Positions 60,033 to 64,000 of a DNA stretch of 64,000 nucleotides are shown piece after piece. The stretch is from an uncultured Candidatus Sumerlaeota bacterium (GTDB lineage Bacteria > CAYMEV01). The stretch covers positions 1 to 64,000 of the forward strand of contig CAYMEV010000018.1 of assembly GCA_964389675.1 (NCBI GenBank), in the 5' to 3' direction. A program made the position numbers and the translations under genes. The notes under the pieces are model-generated. The model was not told the DNA's origin. It did not search any database and worked only from the letters and a program-made list of their open reading frames with translations. The first letter of the stretch is position 1. Each line of letters starts with the position of its first letter.

Positions 60033-61613
60033 TTGGATTATAAAGAAACAATACTACTGGTTGATGATGAAAAAGATATCAGGGATACCCTTTCTGAAAT
60101 ACTGCTGATGAAAGGCTATAAATCCATAGCCTGTTCGAACGGACACGAAGCGGTTGAAAAATTCAAGGATAAAAGCAATAATATAGGCATAGTAATAACT
60201 GATATTAATATGCCCAAAATAAGCGGACTGGAGCTGTTAAAGATCCTTAACGGGATTGATGACACGATAATAGCCATAATAATCACTGCATATGCAACCA
60301 GGGATGCAGCTATCGAAGCACTTAAATACGGTGCATATGATTTTATAAAAAAGCCTTTCAATATTGTTGAGCTGACTTTGATCCTCAAGAGAGCTGTTGA
60401 GAAGAGACAGCTCATACTCCAGAATACAGAGTATCAGAAGCACCTTGAGGACATGGTAAAGATAAGGACCCAGCAGATAGAAGAGCTTAACCTCTACCTG
60501 GGCGACCTTAATAAGCTGGGTATTGAAAACAGGAAGGACATACTCCTTTCTTCAAAGCTGATGAACGTCAACAGTTTTATAAGGGCAAATTTCAATGCAG
60601 ACAGCTATGCATTGTTAGTATATGACAGGAGCAATGATAAATTCACCACTTATCTGCATAATATTGAAGATGAAAACCTGAAGCTTGATTTTGATAATGA
60701 GGCACAGGAAAAATTCCTTGAAATGCTTAACATAAACATCTCATCATCACTCCTGGTCTATAATGAATCTGATCCTGAAATAGAGAACAGCAGGATATTC
60801 GCCTTTGATAAAAAAATCTATATTTTCCCTTTCAGCAAGGACATATATACCGGGTGCGTCTATCTTGGCTTTTATAAGACAAAGCCAAAACTGGAGATTG
60901 ACACTATGCTGAAACCCATGCTCAGGGAGCTTGAATCAGCACTTGAGAACAATTACCTGGTTCAGAAGCACAATGAGGAGCTTAAAAGAATGTTCCTCTC
61001 CTCTGTCCAGACTCATGCACACACCATAGAGGCCAAGGACCCCTATACAAAAGGGCACTGCAACAGGGTCGAGATATACTCACAGCTTATAGCGATAGAG
61101 CTGAACATGTCAGAAGAAGAAAGGTTTGAACTGCAGATCGCATGCCTGCTTCACGATATAGGCAAGATAGGGGTAAGTGAGAGGATACTGTCCAAACCCT
61201 CAAAGCTGACCGAGGAAGAGATGGATCAGATGAAGCTTCATCCAGTTATCGGGGGAGAAATAGTCAAGGACCTTTATGGCTTCAATATTGCACCTATAAT
61301 TAAGCATCACCATGAAAGGTATGACGGCAGGGGTTATCCTGAAGGCCTTGCCGGTGAGAATATCCCTCTTGGTGCAAGGATAATAGCCGTAGCTGATACA
61401 TTTGATGCAATGACATCAGACAGGCCTTACAGAAAGAGCCTTTCAAAGGATATCGCAGTAAATGAACTGATCATATTCAAAGGAAAGCAGTTCGACCCCT
61501 TTATCGTCGATGCTTTTCTCAAAAACCCGGAAAAGATCGAAAAACTTCACAATAACCTTAAGAAAATGAGATTCAATCAGCTGACTTCACTGATAACATG
61601 CTCGGAAATCTGA
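60033..61613 (+). CDS. Response regulator with HD-GYP c-di-GMP phosphodiesterase domain
   Basis: REC (VDDE, TDINMP, KP), KDPYT.GH, LHDIGKIG, HHERYDGRGYP, ADTFDAMTSDRPYR. Confidence 0.93.
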   Translation: MDYKETILLVDDEKDIRDTLSEILLMKGYKSIACSNGHEAVEKFKDKSNNIGIVITDINMPKISGLELLKILNGIDDTIIAIIITAYATRDAAIEALKYGAYDFIKKPFNIVELTLILKRAVEKRQLILQNTEYQKHLEDMVKIRTQQIEELNLYLGDLNKLGIENRKDILLSSKLMNVNSFIRANFNADSYALLVYDRSNDKFTTYLHNIEDENLKLDFDNEAQEKFLEMLNINISSSLLVYNESDPEIENSRIFAFDKKIYIFPFSKDIYTGCVYLGFYKTKPKLEIDTMLKPMLRELESALENNYLVQKHNEELKRMFLSSVQTHAHTIEAKDPYTKGHCNRVEIYSQLIAIELNMSEEERFELQIACLLHDIGKIGVSERILSKPSKLTEEEMDQMKLHPVIGGEIVKDLYGFNIAPIIKHHHERYDGRGYPEGLAGENIPLGARIIAVADTFDAMTSDRPYRKSLSKDIAVNELIIFKGKQFDPFIVDAFLKNPEKIEKLHNNLKKMRFNQLTSLITCSEI

Positions 61614-61715
61614 TCTGCCCGGATGATCAATGACCGGATAAAACAGCCTGCAGATTCTGCTAAATTATCGCAAAAGCATTCTATATATAAAGGATAAAGA
61701 GAAAGGAGGATAAAA

Positions 61716-62180
61716 ATGCTCAAAGAAGGGACTAAAGCACCTGATTTCAAATTGATGGGTCATGATGGGGAAGACATCTCCCTTAAAGATTTTTCAGGCA
61801 GGAAGGTCGTTCTCTATTTTTACCCCAAGGATAATACACCGGGCTGCACAAAAGAGGCATGCAGCATAAGGGATGTTTATGATGATATACTTGATGCCGG
61901 GGCCGTGGTCCTTGGGATAAGCAAGGACAAGCCTGATTCGCATGTTAAATTCAGAAGGAAGTTCAGCCTTCCCTTTTACCTGCTGAGCGATCCTGAAGCC
62001 AAGGTCATTGAAGCATACCAGGCATGGAAGAAAAAGACCATGTTCGGAAAAAGCTTCATGGGTATCCTGCGGTGCACATATATAATTGATGAAGAAGGGA
62101 TAATCATAAAAAGCTTTCCCAAAGTCAGGCCGGATGAACATGGCAGAGAGATACTTGAATTTTTGAAAAGCAGTCTGTGA
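61716..62180 (+). CDS. bcp: Thioredoxin-dependent peroxiredoxin (BCP/PrxQ)
   Basis: YFYPKDNTPGCTKEAC. Confidence 0.94.
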   Translation: MLKEGTKAPDFKLMGHDGEDISLKDFSGRKVVLYFYPKDNTPGCTKEACSIRDVYDDILDAGAVVLGISKDKPDSHVKFRRKFSLPFYLLSDPEAKVIEAYQAWKKKTMFGKSFMGILRCTYIIDEEGIIIKSFPKVRPDEHGREILEFLKSSL

Positions 62181-62248
62181 CAGCAGGGCATAAACTGGAT
62201 AAAGGGTATATCTTCAGCCGTCAAACCCAGGCAGTATCAATCATAAAA

Positions 62249-63100
62249 TCAGGACTGATACCAGATAAGCCAGCCCTTCCTGAGCCAGGACCTGCTGAGA
62301 TTGATCCTGTAGCCATCTCCTGCCAGTTTTCTGGCTGAAGCCTCAAACCACTGGCGCCTGCCCCAGATGTCATGAACCCTTGTGCTTAAAGCGGACTTTT
62401 CCCATGCACTCAGGAAATCACCTGCTGATTCACCCCTGACTGCCCTGTGTATATGATTCTTCGGCAATACAGACCTGAAATCGGAAGGATTAAAGCCCTG
62501 CACAAAGTTTGTGCTGAAGATAACAGCTTCATATTTCCATCCCCCTTCCTTTCTTCTCCTCATAAGATTAGCTGACCATATGCGCCCGAGCGGATCTGAA
62601 GTACCCTCAATCAGCAGGCCTCCCGGAAGGACCGGTTCAGCCATAAGTGCATATGCATCCCGGACAAGGCACTCATCATACTGCCTTAGAACATTAAAGG
62701 CCCTTATCATCCGTACCCTTTCATAAGTGCCGTCTTCCCCAGGCCTAAGCGGGACATTGAAACCTCCCAGGCGGAACTCTACATACTGATCTGCATAGGC
62801 AAGGGCTGATCTTACCCTCTCATGACTGATCTCCACCCCTATTATGCGAAGCCTGCTGTTCAGCCTCCTGAGCCTGCATGATGTCTCCACAGTGGTTTTG
62901 GGAGAATCCCCATACCCCAGGTCAATAAAGCAGGACCCTCCAAAAACCCCGTCTTCCCTCATTATAAGCCCTGGATCATATCTGCAGAGAAAGTGATCCA
63001 CCCTTCTTAATCTGTTTACGGCAGTCTTACCCCTCGTAATACCCCCGGCAGGCCTTCCGGGCCTGCCTGTCCCCACCTTTTTTATCCTTTTCTTATCCAC
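62249..63100 (-). CDS. Putative class I SAM-dependent methyltransferase
   Basis: ITRGKT..NRLRR.D, IDLGYG..P.T, GVEI..ERV, F..GGF, IRAFNVLRQYDE, EGTSD. Confidence 0.75.
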   Translation of the reverse strand: MDKKRIKKVGTGRPGRPAGGITRGKTAVNRLRRVDHFLCRYDPGLIMREDGVFGGSCFIDLGYGDSPKTTVETSCRLRRLNSRLRIIGVEISHERVRSALAYADQYVEFRLGGFNVPLRPGEDGTYERVRMIRAFNVLRQYDECLVRDAYALMAEPVLPGGLLIEGTSDPLGRIWSANLMRRRKEGGWKYEAVIFSTNFVQGFNPSDFRSVLPKNHIHRAVRGESAGDFLSAWEKSALSTRVHDIWGRRQWFEASARKLAGDGYRINLSRSWLRKGWLIWYQS

Positions 63101-63237
63101 AGCAATTCTCTTTATCAGCCGGTATTTTGGTCTGAGGATGCTAAACGCTTATCCAGGAGAAATAGATATTAAGGATTTCTGTCTTTTATTCAAGATTTAA
63201 ATCAGGTATGGCATACAGCTTTAATGGAGGCGGGAAT

Positions 63238-63981
63238 TCAGTCTTCAGTGCCGAGATTGATCATCTTGTGGTCCCTGAGATAATCCTTGAAGGATACCTT
63301 CTTAAGGTTTGAAAGCCTCTCTACAATATCCTTCATCTTTCCGAGGCTTGAGAGGATTCTTTCTACATATTCCATGTTCTGCGGAGCTGTCATCTTTATC
63401 AGTTCGGCATTTATGCTGGCCGTTGTAAGAGGGTTGTTCAGTTCATGGGATATGCTCGCTATCATGGCTTTTACAGTCTCAATCTTTTCTATTTCCAGTA
63501 TATGCTGTTTAAGCAGGCTGTTCTCAAGGCTGTGTATCATTCTTAGCTCCAGCTCTTCAAGCTTGAATGGAACAAACATGATATCGTCGATACCTGACCC
63601 GAATATCTCTCTTGAAATATTCTTTGAGCTGCACATGAGTATGATCGGGCAGTCCTTCTTCTCCTTGATGGCTTTAATAAGCTCTATGTTTTTCGGATTG
63701 TCCTCCACAATACCATAATCAAGAAGTATTATATTCGGGTCATAGGCCTGTGTCTTCTCAATAATATCAGATATCAGATAAACCTCTGATACATCAAATC
63801 CGATCAGCTTCACATAGTCCTTTATAAGCTTGAAATACTCAGTATCCTTCTTGAAGAAGACAAGCACCCTGTTCTGGTCCTTTTCGATATAGGTCCTGAA
63901 CTTGGGTTCAAATTTATAAACAAGGTTGACCGTTTCCTCAGAGCTTACAGATGCCAGGCTCTGTGAGAACAATATGGACAT
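63238..63981 (-). CDS. Receiver-like + HisKA protein lacking an ATPase domain (may extend beyond the window)
   Basis: PNIILLD, PIILM, G.DD...PF REC features followed by ISHELNNPL, then a stop. Confidence 0.7.
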   Translation of the reverse strand: MSILFSQSLASVSSEETVNLVYKFEPKFRTYIEKDQNRVLVFFKKDTEYFKLIKDYVKLIGFDVSEVYLISDIIEKTQAYDPNIILLDYGIVEDNPKNIELIKAIKEKKDCPIILMCSSKNISREIFGSGIDDIMFVPFKLEELELRMIHSLENSLLKQHILEIEKIETVKAMIASISHELNNPLTTASINAELIKMTAPQNMEYVERILSSLGKMKDIVERLSNLKKVSFKDYLRDHKMINLGTED

Positions 63982-64000
63982 TTTGCCCTTCCTGTCCCTT

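Overview
A 64-kb chromosomal window from a diderm (Gram-negative-type) bacterium of uncertain, probably poorly characterised lineage. Left end (1-5.4 kb): AT-rich patch with two decayed IS elements and four polysaccharide genes appended to the 3' end of a minus-strand Wzy-type exopolysaccharide export operon (OM beta-barrel, short OPX/Wza, DUF6765-like metallohydrolase, WecC, Wzc, PHP phosphatase). A divergent priming glycosyltransferase, TPR protein, PAS histidine kinase with binding protein, a GT-C-like membrane protein and three GT4 enzymes follow. At 23.8-32.4 kb are two tandem, diverged copies of an unusually arranged type IV minor-pilin cassette (pilW-like -> <- giant pilX-like <- pilV-like). 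Then come tgt-yajC-secD-secF, a long RSH with an apparently dead hydrolase, a RAYT-type HUH transposase bracketed by a perfect 26-bp inverted repeat, an ArnT-like GT, a triple-receiver diguanylate cyclase and trxA. A long plus-strand operon follows in which a ceramide-synthase-like GNAT, an SDR and a HIT protein sit directly upstream of a 721-aa LptC/LptA-like protein, lptB, rpoN, hpf, hprK, ptsH, ptsI, cysQ and an HD-GYP regulator. The best candidates for new biology are the GNAT/SDR-Lpt coupling (possible sphingolipid-type lipid synthesis plus export) and the duplicated pilus-tip cassettes. No rRNA, tRNA or CRISPR array was seen. All family assignments come from motif recognition by eye, not database searches.
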